DNA of 64,000 nucleotides, from assembly GCA_018780035.1 (NCBI GenBank), contig JADMKE010000029.1, positions 65,388 to 129,387 on the forward strand, read 5' to 3'. Origin of the DNA: Candidatus Sericytochromatia bacterium. GTDB lineage: Bacteria > Cyanobacteriota > Sericytochromatia > UBA7694. The translations under genes were made by a program, and so were the position numbers. Shown here one piece after another: positions 1-8,795 of this stretch; the stretch's first letter is position 1; every line of letters starts with the position of its first letter. The notes under the pieces are model-generated. The model searched no databases and was not told where the DNA came from. It saw nothing but the letters and a program-made list of their open reading frames with translations.

Positions 1-157
1 CATCATTGGCCACATGCAGAACCAAGACCTCAGGGTCTTTTAAATGTTGCTCTAACCAATCTGTTGAGACCAGCATGTCGTGTTGGATCGGGGGAATCAT
101 CGAAGAGGTGGGTTCGACCACGAGGGCCGAGGTCAGCAAAAGAGACGCTAAAAACAT
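1..157 (-). CDS. N-terminal part of a rhodanese-like sulfurtransferase; gene start at 157, remainder lies off the window
   Basis: Reverse-strand translation from ATG at 157 gives MFLASLLLTSALVV (signal-like), then VSTDWLEQHLKDPEVLVLHVAND, typical of the start of a rhodanese domain. Confidence 0.4.
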   Translation of the reverse strand, partial: MFLASLLLTSALVVEPTSSMIPPIQHDMLVSTDWLEQHLKDPEVLVLHVAND

Positions 158-256
158 GGGTTAACTCCCAAAAAGGTTATATTACTATTTGACAAAGTTG
201 ACTTGGCTACATTAAAAGAATAGTCTTTCATATCAAAATAAACTGCCGAATTTAGT

Positions 257-1573
257 TTAATTCCACCACGGAATGTCCCTTACTGAGCCAACAGTTAGGT
301 GTCTACACCGTATACGATGGTTTAACCACACATTTGTTTTTTCGTTAATCAAGAGCTTCATCGCTTCCCTGCAAATCTTAATCCCCCCTTTGTAAGGTTT
401 TAGTACGAGAAGATGATTCTCAACAGCAACAGGAGAGTCTCCAAGAACCAGTGTAACAACTGCTCTTTCTTTGTCTCTTGAACTCGATGTTCTTCTCACA
501 GTAAGAAAAGGAGGTAGAAAAACACGTTTGTAAAATTTTATTTTTGAGTCTAAATAATTTACATTTACTTCCCCTCCTGAAGGTAACAAACGACTATGTA
601 TGTAAGGATATTCCTCGCCAATTTCAGGATCGCGGTGTGGAACAACGGTACCTACTGAAACTTGAAATAGATCTCCAATAGTTTGACTTGTCGAATCCAT
701 TAACACGGAGCATAGCCAATTATAGTTTGAATTATTGATTTTTTGAGAACGTTTTGTTAAATGAATTATGAATACATCAACATCTGCATAATCATCGAAT
801 TTCCCAACTACTTCAATTGAGCTGACAGCAGCCATGGATGTTATGTGATTTCTCCATTTTTCATATCTTGATCCGGTACGGAGAACGTCAGGTAGAATTG
901 CAGCAATTTGAGATCCGGATTCAGCTTTTTCAATACATTCCGATAAAAAAATTGCTGCCATAGAAATCTTACCTCTTCCCCATGATGCTTTATGAACTTG
1001 ATGGTAGTAAGGTGGATTCAATACGTATAGAGATCTTCTATTAACTTTGCTCAAATACTCTATTCCGTCATTAATGGTAATATTTGGGAAAAGTTCGTCT
1101 TGATTAATTGTGTCAAAATCACAATACGAATTATGCCTTTGCATTGCTTCTAAAACTAATCGGTATTTGAGTGCTAAAATAAACTGAGGTACTACGTCTA
1201 CGCCATGTAAAATTTTTCCCCATTCATTTAAAGTTTTAGAAAGTGTATTCTGGAGAGGTAAAAAGCTAGATGCAGCAAGGAGAAGACTTCCAGCACCACA
1301 AGAGGGATCAATTATACTCAGATTATTTTTCAAAATATCTGAATAAGGCCTTAGGAGCCGTTGAGAAAGTTCTGTAGAAGTAAAAAATGCCCCCAGTGCT
1401 TGACGCTCTTTTAAGTCTAAGGAATTTCTTAACGATTTAGCAGCATCTCCGTTTAGTGCTGGCTCAATAAGAACTTTATATTTAACATCGATATTTTTAT
1501 TGCTTTTTAGTTTCTGGATTAATTCGCTTAATCCAATTGTGTAGTCAGAAAAATTATTCATCTCACTACCCAA
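257..1573 (-). CDS. Gamma-class N6-adenine DNA methyltransferase (Eco57I/TaqI-like MTase module with a C-terminal target-recognition region; no nuclease domain)
   Basis: Motif X FFTSTEL, motif I IIDPSCGAGSLLLAA, motif IV NPPY in gamma-class order. Post-NPPY region resembles the Eco57I-type MTase domain. AT-rich codon usage. Overlaps the upstream gene by 16 nt. Confidence 0.8.
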   Translation of the reverse strand: MGSEMNNFSDYTIGLSELIQKLKSNKNIDVKYKVLIEPALNGDAAKSLRNSLDLKERQALGAFFTSTELSQRLLRPYSDILKNNLSIIDPSCGAGSLLLAASSFLPLQNTLSKTLNEWGKILHGVDVVPQFILALKYRLVLEAMQRHNSYCDFDTINQDELFPNITINDGIEYLSKVNRRSLYVLNPPYYHQVHKASWGRGKISMAAIFLSECIEKAESGSQIAAILPDVLRTGSRYEKWRNHITSMAAVSSIEVVGKFDDYADVDVFIIHLTKRSQKINNSNYNWLCSVLMDSTSQTIGDLFQVSVGTVVPHRDPEIGEEYPYIHSRLLPSGGEVNVNYLDSKIKFYKRVFLPPFLTVRRTSSSRDKERAVVTLVLGDSPVAVENHLLVLKPYKGGIKICREAMKLLINEKTNVWLNHRIRCRHLTVGSVRDIPWWN

Positions 1574-2550
1574 ATAGCGTTAACAAGTTCTTCTCGTCTA
1601 AAGGATGAAGGTAAATCTATTTCATCAGGAATAAAAATTTTAGGAAATCTCCTACGCCTCTGACCAGTGTTTCTTGCACTTAAAGCATTTAAAATAACGT
1701 CAGGTTTTTGATGGATAATAGATTGAATGATAATTCCATAGGGGGATAGGTTTAGAATTGATTTTCCTCGGCCAGCCTTACTTTCATCAATTAGAATTTT
1801 AGCTAAAATGTCTGAATTTAAATCCAATAATTTTAATAAATCTTGAATATTTTTAGAAAGACGGATAATGTCTTGGGGAAGACTAGATTGCTCCCAATTT
1901 GACTTAACAAGATTAATTATTTTAATTAGTTCTTGTGTCTGTCGATCTGTCTTATTTGACAGCGCTACCTCAGAAATTTCATCAACAGCTGCCACAGCAG
2001 ACTCAGCATGTTCCAACATGGCTTTAACTTGGAATGCGACCCTTTGCCTAGCCCAACTTAAATTGTCATTTTTGTATATCAGATCATGTGTTGAGATTGA
2101 CCATGCATGTTGTAGAAATGTTTTTATCTGACATTCAAACTTTTTTCCTAACAATCCTGACGGAGGTAATGTTTCGTCATCGATCCATTCTACGTATAGC
2201 CTTAAATCGTCAAAGACAAAAGATTCTGGAGATTTATGGGTCAGACTATCCTCCTGAGGTCTTCGATATTTAAGTGTGAATAGGCTACAAATAAGGTCTT
2301 CAGCCTCTTTTATCGAATGGAAATTATTCACAACAATTGTACAGGCAAAGAAATCTTCCAAATCCTTGGGATTATCAAACCTTCCAGTCTCAAGCTTTTG
2401 AGCAAAACTTTCTAATTGTTTTACTCGACTTTCATAATGCCATCTTGGGTTTCTCTTAGAACTAATTAACTTATCAACTAGTTGTTGAAGTTCTTCGTAC
2501 ACTTTGACTTGATCAAGATACAAGTTTCTTACAGAAAGTGGTACCTTCAT
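1558..2550 (-). CDS. RelA/SpoT-family nucleotidyltransferase (small-alarmone-synthetase / toxSAS-like) with a roughly 170-aa uncharacterised C-terminal region
   Basis: SRVKQLESFAQKLETG matches the G-loop GRVKxxxSIxEKMxRRG. DFFACTIVV matches DIAGLRV. ECQIKTFLQHAWSISTHDLIYK matches EIQIRTLAMNFWATIEHSLNYKY of RelQ/RelA synthetase domains. Catalytic D and E are present. Its ATG is embedded in the ATGA overlap with the stop of the DUF262 gene. Confidence 0.6.
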   Translation of the reverse strand: MKVPLSVRNLYLDQVKVYEELQQLVDKLISSKRNPRWHYESRVKQLESFAQKLETGRFDNPKDLEDFFACTIVVNNFHSIKEAEDLICSLFTLKYRRPQEDSLTHKSPESFVFDDLRLYVEWIDDETLPPSGLLGKKFECQIKTFLQHAWSISTHDLIYKNDNLSWARQRVAFQVKAMLEHAESAVAAVDEISEVALSNKTDRQTQELIKIINLVKSNWEQSSLPQDIIRLSKNIQDLLKLLDLNSDILAKILIDESKAGRGKSILNLSPYGIIIQSIIHQKPDVILNALSARNTGQRRRRFPKIFIPDEIDLPSSFRREELVNAIWVVR

Positions 2551-3671
2551 TATTCACTTTCAACTTCTTCTTCAGAATTTTGCTCTTCTGGTAAAATCTG
2601 AGGTGGCTCTAAACCTAACAAAATACTAGATAATAGAGTATGCCGTGCTTTCCTCTGCGCTGGCTCAGTATTTGCACCAGTCACGTTATTTAAGTAAGCA
2701 AGTGGAGCAGCAAAACTTGATTCAGGTTGGGTCCTTAAAAACTGTTCCAAATTATCTTGTTCAATTTTTAGAGTCTGTACTTGCTTCATAAACGCAGCAA
2801 ATCGTTTAGCGGCCTCTTCATGACTAGGCAATTCAGAGTAGTTTAACGCTATTGCAAACCAAAGAGAAAAAAGATTATTTGATGATTTTGCATATTCTGA
2901 AACGCTTTGATTTGCTGTTTCCATTTGATTGATAAATGATTTTATCTGCTCAAAATGAATTATAAATTTTTCCTCATCAAAATCAACATCAGTCTCTGCT
3001 GGTAGTTCATATTTAGCGCACATTTCATCAATGAAATCTTGATCAAAACCGCGAATTTCCTTATTAATCATGAGTATCATAAGTTCTAAAATAAACTGGA
3101 CATCTTTCATTCTCTTGACTTTTGCTGTTGTTACAATTCCATAGTCTTTCCAGAATTGAGATTCTGCTTCTGCTTCAGCTGTATTTATTAACCACCCATC
3201 AAACATAGCGTGGCGCAATTCCTGACGCTCTAGTTTTAAAGAATTTCGGTTTAGTCGATCAAATACAGCGCTAATTAGCGTTCCTTCAACAATTTTAATG
3301 TATTCAACAGGAATTACGTAATCCCAGAATCTTCTTTTTAAATCATCATCTAATTGTGACCATTTTTTTCCGTTCAGTCTGGTATCACCAAACCCCTTAT
3401 CTATGACTATTTTATTTTGAGTGAATAGCAAGATTGTCTCAAGACGTTGTTTTCCATCCACAACCTCGTGAATATGAAGCCCATCTTTGAATACTTTATG
3501 AAGAAAAATAGCTGGACTGGGATAGCCTCGAAAAATCGAATCTAGAAAAAAACGTCGATCTTTTGGGCTCCATACACTTCTCCGTTGATATGGAGGATTT
3601 AAATCGAGTTGTGCATTTCTATTCAGATCAAGGAACCAACTAATATCCTGAGTTGTTACGCGTCTATCCAT
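2550..3671 (-). CDS. DUF262 (GmrS-like, ParB/Srx-fold NTPase) protein with a C-terminal helical region; no DUF1524/HNH domain
   Basis: N-terminal LNPPYQRRSVWSP and DGKQRLETI (QRxxVW and DGQQR hallmarks of DUF262). Strong SD (AGGAG) before the ATG at 3671. AT-rich. First gene of the three-gene operon. Confidence 0.75.
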   Translation of the reverse strand: MDRRVTTQDISWFLDLNRNAQLDLNPPYQRRSVWSPKDRRFFLDSIFRGYPSPAIFLHKVFKDGLHIHEVVDGKQRLETILLFTQNKIVIDKGFGDTRLNGKKWSQLDDDLKRRFWDYVIPVEYIKIVEGTLISAVFDRLNRNSLKLERQELRHAMFDGWLINTAEAEAESQFWKDYGIVTTAKVKRMKDVQFILELMILMINKEIRGFDQDFIDEMCAKYELPAETDVDFDEEKFIIHFEQIKSFINQMETANQSVSEYAKSSNNLFSLWFAIALNYSELPSHEEAAKRFAAFMKQVQTLKIEQDNLEQFLRTQPESSFAAPLAYLNNVTGANTEPAQRKARHTLLSSILLGLEPPQILPEEQNSEEEVESE

Positions 3672-3998
3672 TCGGGCTCCTGTATTTAAATAAAAATTAA
3701 TATTGTATTGTTATGTATGTAATTTAATTATCAACATTATATCAAAGGATAAGTGTATGGGGTTAATAAGTTTTCAAATATAGAAAATTTAAGAAATACT
3801 AATTTTTTCATCTCCCTGTAGGGATTCTCCCTTAAAGAATGTATCACATTTTCGCCTCAAAACCAGCTTTTCTGAATCATAGAACTGAGTTACTTATCCT
3901 TCACGAAACGCAAACCCTGCATGAGGAACAGGCCCAAGAGAAGGGGTTCACTTGGGCCTGACCAGAACGGAGAAAGCAGAATCAGAAGGGGATCACCA

Positions 3999-5003
3999 TT
4001 AGAACAGTGGGTCTTGTCTTTGCTGGCGCTTTTCTTGGTGCTTTTGCATCCGCTGTTTCATCCGCTCTTTCATGCTCTCCTGCATGGCTTTGCCACGGGT
4101 TTCGAGCTTGGCCACCAGGGCTTCACGTTGCTGGGGGCTGAGAAGGCCATGGACCTCGGCCATCATCTGCAGGCGCTGATCCAGATGGCTTTCCATTCCA
4201 TTGAGGCCTGTGTTGAGCACAGCCTTTACCTGTTCGACGCTGGGGGTACCGGCTTGAAAGAGGCTTACCAGCTGATTCTTGACCCCGCTCAGCTCTTTAA
4301 ACTGGGCCATGCGCTGGGGTTGACTCTGTTCAAACAGGTTTTTGAGTTGGGTTTTTTGCGCTTCACTCAGGCCCAGCTCAGCTGCCATTTTTTCCAAGCG
4401 TTTGCCACCTCCGTGGCCATGCATTTGCATGAGTTTATCCGCAAAGGGCATTTTGCTAAACCCGGCGATTTTTTTCTCGACCTGATCGAGCTGGCTATAC
4501 ACCTCTTGGCGCTGTTCGGGGGTCAAAATGCTGTAGACCTGCACCATTTTTTCAGCCATTTTTTGGCTGCGCGCAGCTTTCTGTGCGGCAATCAGCGGGG
4601 TGATTTGGCTTTTCACGGCAGCGGTCTCAAATTTGGCACTCAAAAAGGCAGTTTTAAAAATCTGTTTAAACTGGCTGAGGGTCTCTTTGTGATTCTGAAA
4701 ATCAGCGCGGGCCTCTTTGCGCATGGCTTGCAGCTGGGATTTTTGCGCATCGCTGAGATTGAGCTTTTTCAAGAATCCGGCCATGTGCTGACCACGCATG
4801 CCTCTGCCGTGCTGCATCCCAAAACCATTGCCTTTTTCTTCGGCAAAAGCAGGGTTATCGAGGCCCAGCAGATCAAAATCGGCACTGTCTTCGGAATTGA
4901 AGCGGGAATTCACCTGTGTGCTGGGGCCTTGGCTCTGAGCGGCGCAGCCCACGACCAAAAGTGTTGCAGATGCGAGAGCGAATAGGGATTTAATCAGTTT
5001 CAT
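3999..5003 (-). CDS. Periplasmic Spy/CpxP-family (LTXXQ-motif) stress protein, lipoprotein
   Basis: The ORF-track start at 5156 is probably too far upstream. ATG at 5003 has GAGGAAG six to seven nt upstream and gives MKLIKSLFALASATLLVVGC, a lipoprotein signal. Four LTXXQ-type repeats (LSDAQKSQL, LTPEQRQEV, LSEAQKTQL, LSPQQREAL). Confidence 0.7.
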   Translation of the reverse strand: MKLIKSLFALASATLLVVGCAAQSQGPSTQVNSRFNSEDSADFDLLGLDNPAFAEEKGNGFGMQHGRGMRGQHMAGFLKKLNLSDAQKSQLQAMRKEARADFQNHKETLSQFKQIFKTAFLSAKFETAAVKSQITPLIAAQKAARSQKMAEKMVQVYSILTPEQRQEVYSQLDQVEKKIAGFSKMPFADKLMQMHGHGGGKRLEKMAAELGLSEAQKTQLKNLFEQSQPQRMAQFKELSGVKNQLVSLFQAGTPSVEQVKAVLNTGLNGMESHLDQRLQMMAEVHGLLSPQQREALVAKLETRGKAMQESMKERMKQRMQKHQEKRQQRQDPLF

Positions 5004-5097
5004 TTGGGTCTTCCTCACTGTGTGTGTTTGCTTAAGTTTCAGTATGCCGATTGCCTGTGTGGATAGTTTCAGAAAAGTGTAAAGACTTTGTAAAGAC

Positions 5098-5733
5098 TCA
5101 AAAGAGCCAGGAGACGACAGAAATTCGCTCCCCAGCATTGACGGCTCTGACCTCATGGGTTAAGTCTGAGCGGAAGGCAATTAAGGTGCCTGAGGGGGGC
5201 TCCAGGGGGCGACCGATCAATGTATGTCCCTGGGCCTCAGTGGGCAAATAAAACACCAATTCTCCGCCACTGTATTCATCCTGTTTGCGCGGATGCTCTA
5301 CTTGGCGACTGAGCAATAAAATTGTGCTGATTTGGCGTGGCGGCAAGTGGCTCATGCCAGGATATTTCGCAAATTCTGGCAGCCAGTCTCGGTGCGGTTT
5401 AAAATAATAGCCAGGCAAATACTTGAGAAAAGCGGGGGGTTCGAGCCCCCTTAAGCGCACCTGAAAAAAGGTCTCAAATGATCCTCTGAGTGCAATGAGC
5501 CGATCTGAGACCAAATGGCGGAGTTGGTCCGAGACCTCTATCTGGGCGGTTTTTCGGTCGCCTTGTCTGTTTTTCGCTTGGGCGTAAGGGTTGACAATCG
5601 GTGCCATTTCTGTCTTTTTATCGGCCAATTGCCCATGCAGGGCCTGGATTTCAGCGCTACTCAAAAATTCGGGCTGAGCAAAGAGTAGGCCCTGTCGGGT
5701 GAAAAAATCCAGCGGGTAAGTCTCTCTGCGCAT
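5098..5733 (-). CDS. Fe(II)/2-oxoglutarate-dependent hydroxylase, PKHD/PiuC-like
   Basis: HRD (HxD) at KPHRDW, distal His in LTHEVRAV, GGELVF. Overall PiuC/YbiX-like layout. Confidence 0.65.
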   Translation of the reverse strand: MRRETYPLDFFTRQGLLFAQPEFLSSAEIQALHGQLADKKTEMAPIVNPYAQAKNRQGDRKTAQIEVSDQLRHLVSDRLIALRGSFETFFQVRLRGLEPPAFLKYLPGYYFKPHRDWLPEFAKYPGMSHLPPRQISTILLLSRQVEHPRKQDEYSGGELVFYLPTEAQGHTLIGRPLEPPSGTLIAFRSDLTHEVRAVNAGERISVVSWLF

Positions 5734-7140
5734 TCACTCAAAGGCAGTCTTTTCTAGGGCTTTGAGGGCTGTCGGCGACAGATCTGGCAGCCCTTCGGCA
5801 ACCAGACTGCGTGCCCCCTTTTGGTAAATCAGCAGGTGGTCGTTGGGAGCGAGAACGACCAATTTTAAAGCCTGAAATTGGCTGGGCAATTTGAGCGCAG
5901 GATAGCGCTTTGCCAAGGTCTGAGCATAGGCGCCTGTGAATTCTTGGGCCTCTTCGGGACTGTCCCAGAGGGTGTTAAACACGAGCCGGGCCTGGGGGGC
6001 TTTTTCGCCTTTGCCGCTGGGCGCTTGTTGGTAGACCTGGTAATGATCCCCTGCCCAGCCACGGGCTGCACTGCGGGCGGGGCCAGCTTCGAGATGTTGG
6101 AGAAAATAATGCCGCCAGCCCCACTCGCCCATGACGCCTCGGGTCAGGAGTGGCCATTGATCGGGCCATTTGGGCTGGTTTTTAAAGTGCAGAGCGCTGG
6201 GGTTTTCGCCATCGAGGTATTTGGCAGGTTGCAAAATCTGTTCGCTGGAGCGGGGCGGGTTTTTATACAGGGTATTGATCTCTTCCCAGCTCCAGCCCTC
6301 TTTGCGGAAGGTCTGAACAAAGCGCATGCCCTGATCGTAAGGGAAGACCAACGATTCACGAATCACCCGTGGGGCTTGGCGCAGTTTTTCAAAGGCAAAA
6401 TTCATGCGCACGGCGTTGGCCAGACTGCCCAACATCTCCATCAGGCTGAAATTGCTCTGCATCAGTCCCTGAACATATTCTGCGGAGGTTAAAGAGGCAT
6501 CGCCTTCGATCATTGACATCAGGGCCAATTGCCGGTCACCGTTGGGCTCTTGTTTTTGCGGTGCTTCGAGGTAGTTTTTTAAGCCAAAGGATTGATCTTG
6601 CAGGGCATGGGTCAATTCATGCGCCACCAGCACCTCTTGGTCCAATTTGCTCAGCGACATGCCTTCGAGCAAATAGAGTTTGCGGGTTTTGGGATCATAA
6701 AAGCCCCCGATTTGTTCGGTGTACAGCCCGAGCATAAATTGGGCATAGTCAAAATCTGTTGCAAAGAGGCCCCAGCGGGTATAAAGGGCCTGTTCACCCT
6801 GGGTATCAGCAGGGTCCAACTCAGCTTCAAATTCCTTGCGCAAAAAGGCCAGCAACTCTTCGCGGCTGAGGGTATCGACTTTGACACTCTCTTTGATTGG
6901 CAATTGCCGCAGTTTGGCTACTTTTTCCAAGATACTGCCGACATTTTCTAAAAGCGGGTATTCGCCGCTCTGGAGTTTGGCTTTGGCGCGGGCCCCGAGT
7001 TCAACGGCGGGAGGCGCAGCCTGGGCACTGAAACCGCCTGCCAGACCCAAGCTTAAATTCAAACTCAGCCCCAAAACAAAATAAACACAGCTTAAACTGA
7101 GTTTACGGCTGTTGCGCAGAATCGTCATTTTGGCACCCAT
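5734..7140 (-). CDS. Secreted HExxH zinc-metallopeptidase-like protein
   Basis: N-terminal signal-like hydrophobic segment. HELTHALQD HExxH motif. Immediately upstream of, and contiguous with, the 2OG oxygenase gene. Confidence 0.45.
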   Translation of the reverse strand: MGAKMTILRNSRKLSLSCVYFVLGLSLNLSLGLAGGFSAQAAPPAVELGARAKAKLQSGEYPLLENVGSILEKVAKLRQLPIKESVKVDTLSREELLAFLRKEFEAELDPADTQGEQALYTRWGLFATDFDYAQFMLGLYTEQIGGFYDPKTRKLYLLEGMSLSKLDQEVLVAHELTHALQDQSFGLKNYLEAPQKQEPNGDRQLALMSMIEGDASLTSAEYVQGLMQSNFSLMEMLGSLANAVRMNFAFEKLRQAPRVIRESLVFPYDQGMRFVQTFRKEGWSWEEINTLYKNPPRSSEQILQPAKYLDGENPSALHFKNQPKWPDQWPLLTRGVMGEWGWRHYFLQHLEAGPARSAARGWAGDHYQVYQQAPSGKGEKAPQARLVFNTLWDSPEEAQEFTGAYAQTLAKRYPALKLPSQFQALKLVVLAPNDHLLIYQKGARSLVAEGLPDLSPTALKALEKTAFE

Positions 7141-7150
7141 CTCTCAGCGC

Positions 7151-7939
7151 TCATAACGAAAGCGCCGACTCAGGCGGTTCCTTTTGGGGCGGAATGGGGG
7201 TCGGGGTTGGGGTCGATGGCGGCAAGAGGGGGCCAGCAAAAGGGAACGTGGGGGAACCTGATGTTGGATTTGGAGCCGAATTTGTCGCCGAAGTTGAGGC
7301 GGGGCTGGCTGGATTGGCCACGGGAGAGGCGGGAGCGCCTGGTTGTGAGCTGATGGGGGTCAGAACGGGACGGGGAGTGGCTGAGGCCACCGGGCGAGGG
7401 CCACCAGGCACCAAAGGGGTAATCACCGGGAGTGGGGTTGGGATCGGGGTTGAACTGATCAAGGGATTGGAAAGCCCTGAATCGATACGAATATTGGGCA
7501 CCTTTTCGCAGCGGCGATAAATATGCGGCACGCCTTCACCCGTAAATGTCCGGTTGATCTGGGCATTGTCTTGGCTGACACTGCCCGAAGAGAACTCGGT
7601 GCCTCTGGGAAAAAAGGGTTTGCTTTCGTCCAGGTTGAGTTCTCTAAAACTCAGATCGGACCTCACCACCAATTTGGTTCGGCTCGGGTTGAGTTCAAAG
7701 ACAAAGGCATTGGGTGCAATTTTAATAAAATTGAAGGTCGAGCCCAAGGGTTGAACCGTGTTACGCGTATCTACCTCGCGCCAACAACCTGAGATATCGA
7801 TGGAGGGGGGAATGACTTCTGCCGCAGCAGAGGCCACGGCCTGGGCCGTCAACGGACTTTCCGCTTCTGGATCACAGCCCCCGAGCAGGAGTGTTAGCAA
7901 AAGGAGCTGTTTTAAACGCAGATCAGGTCGTCCATTCAT
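7151..7939 (-). CDS. Lipoprotein with Pro/Thr/Ser-rich low-complexity C-terminus
   Basis: LLLLTLLLGGC lipobox. C-terminal PT-rich tract. Confidence 0.5.
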   Translation of the reverse strand: MNGRPDLRLKQLLLLTLLLGGCDPEAESPLTAQAVASAAAEVIPPSIDISGCWREVDTRNTVQPLGSTFNFIKIAPNAFVFELNPSRTKLVVRSDLSFRELNLDESKPFFPRGTEFSSGSVSQDNAQINRTFTGEGVPHIYRRCEKVPNIRIDSGLSNPLISSTPIPTPLPVITPLVPGGPRPVASATPRPVLTPISSQPGAPASPVANPASPASTSATNSAPNPTSGSPTFPFAGPLLPPSTPTPTPIPPQKEPPESALSL

Positions 7940-8138
7940 CCACGGGACCTTTGATCTCTCTTTTCCAGAAACAGGTGGTTAAACCTGTTTGGTTGGGTTG
8001 GGCCTGTACCAGCTCCCAACCGTTTTTGCCCAATTTCTCAAAAACTTCCAGGGCTTCAGCGTTCTTTGGTTTTTTTGTGTCAAAAGGCGGGGTCAGCATA
8101 AACTGAGCCTGTGTCACCTTGTATTCCCATTTCGGCAT
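7923..8138 (-). CDS. DUF4177-like small protein
   Basis: Likely start at internal ATG 8138 (MPKWEYKV...). EKLGKNGWELVQAQP matches the DUF4177 pattern. Confidence 0.45.
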   Translation of the reverse strand: MPKWEYKVTQAQFMLTPPFDTKKPKNAEALEVFEKLGKNGWELVQAQPNQTGLTTCFWKREIKGPVDEWTT

Positions 8139-8246
8139 GTGCTTTACCTCATTCAGATTTCTGGACTCTGGGCTTGGCCTGATGAAGACAGGCACAAGCC
8201 ATTATACAATACTGCTCAGAACAATTGCACGCCGGTTGAACGGCGG

Positions 8247-8720
8247 CTATTTGGCTTTTTCAACCCGGATCAACTCCACTTCAAAAATCAGGGTGGAATT
8301 GGCAGGAATCGGGCCGACATTGCGCTGACCATAACCCATTTCGGGGGGAATCGTCAATTTGCGCTGGCCGCCTTCTTTCATACCGGCAAAGCCTTCGTCC
8401 CAGCCTTTGATGACCTGGCCGACACCCAAGGTGAAGGAAAAGGGTTCATTGCGATCTTTGGAGGAATCAAATTTATCTCCATTGGTCAGCCAGCCTGTGT
8501 AATGGACGATCACGGTATCACCTTTGGCAGGGGTGGCGCCCGTTCCGACTTTGATTTCTTCGATTTTCATTTGGGTGGCATTGGGTGTGGCATTTTGGGT
8601 TTCAGACATGGGTTTCTCCGAGTGTGATTCTTGTTTGAGGCTGCAACTGGCTCCGCCACCAGCCAGCAAATAGGCACTGAGCAGGGCGGTCAGAGAGAAG
8701 GAATAAAGGCGCGTTTTCAT
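8247..8720 (-). CDS. FKBP-type peptidyl-prolyl cis-trans isomerase, lipoprotein
   Basis: ATG at 8720 with AAGGAG upstream. LLAGGGASC lipobox. FKBP core [18 protein letters not shown]...[12 protein letters not shown]...LIFEVELI. Confidence 0.8.
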   Translation of the reverse strand: MKTRLYSFSLTALLSAYLLAGGGASCSLKQESHSEKPMSETQNATPNATQMKIEEIKVGTGATPAKGDTVIVHYTGWLTNGDKFDSSKDRNEPFSFTLGVGQVIKGWDEGFAGMKEGGQRKLTIPPEMGYGQRNVGPIPANSTLIFEVELIRVEKAK

Positions 8721-8795
8721 GGCAACTCCTTGGCGATGCATCTTGGCTGATGCGTTACAGATGTCTGTTCAAGATAACCCGCCGTTTGGCCTGCG

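Noticed and set aside
3672-3920. AT-rich spacer right of the island, scanned for tRNA, att-like repeats or small ORFs
   Set aside because: Only a 23-codon ORF and a trivial 4-bp stem were found. No direct repeat matching the left boundary, so island borders remain approximate.
3921-4985. 354-aa plus-strand ORF entirely antisense to the Spy/CpxP-like gene
   Set aside because: Low-complexity His/Leu/Phe-rich translation, no SD. It mirrors the repetitive coiled-coil codons of the real minus-strand gene, which has a lipoprotein signal and LTXXQ repeats.
5878-6492. 204-aa plus-strand ORF antisense to the HExxH protein gene, plus several nested short ORFs between 5865 and 7084
   Set aside because: GC-rich antisense frames with no motifs or SD. 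The minus-strand gene is coherent.
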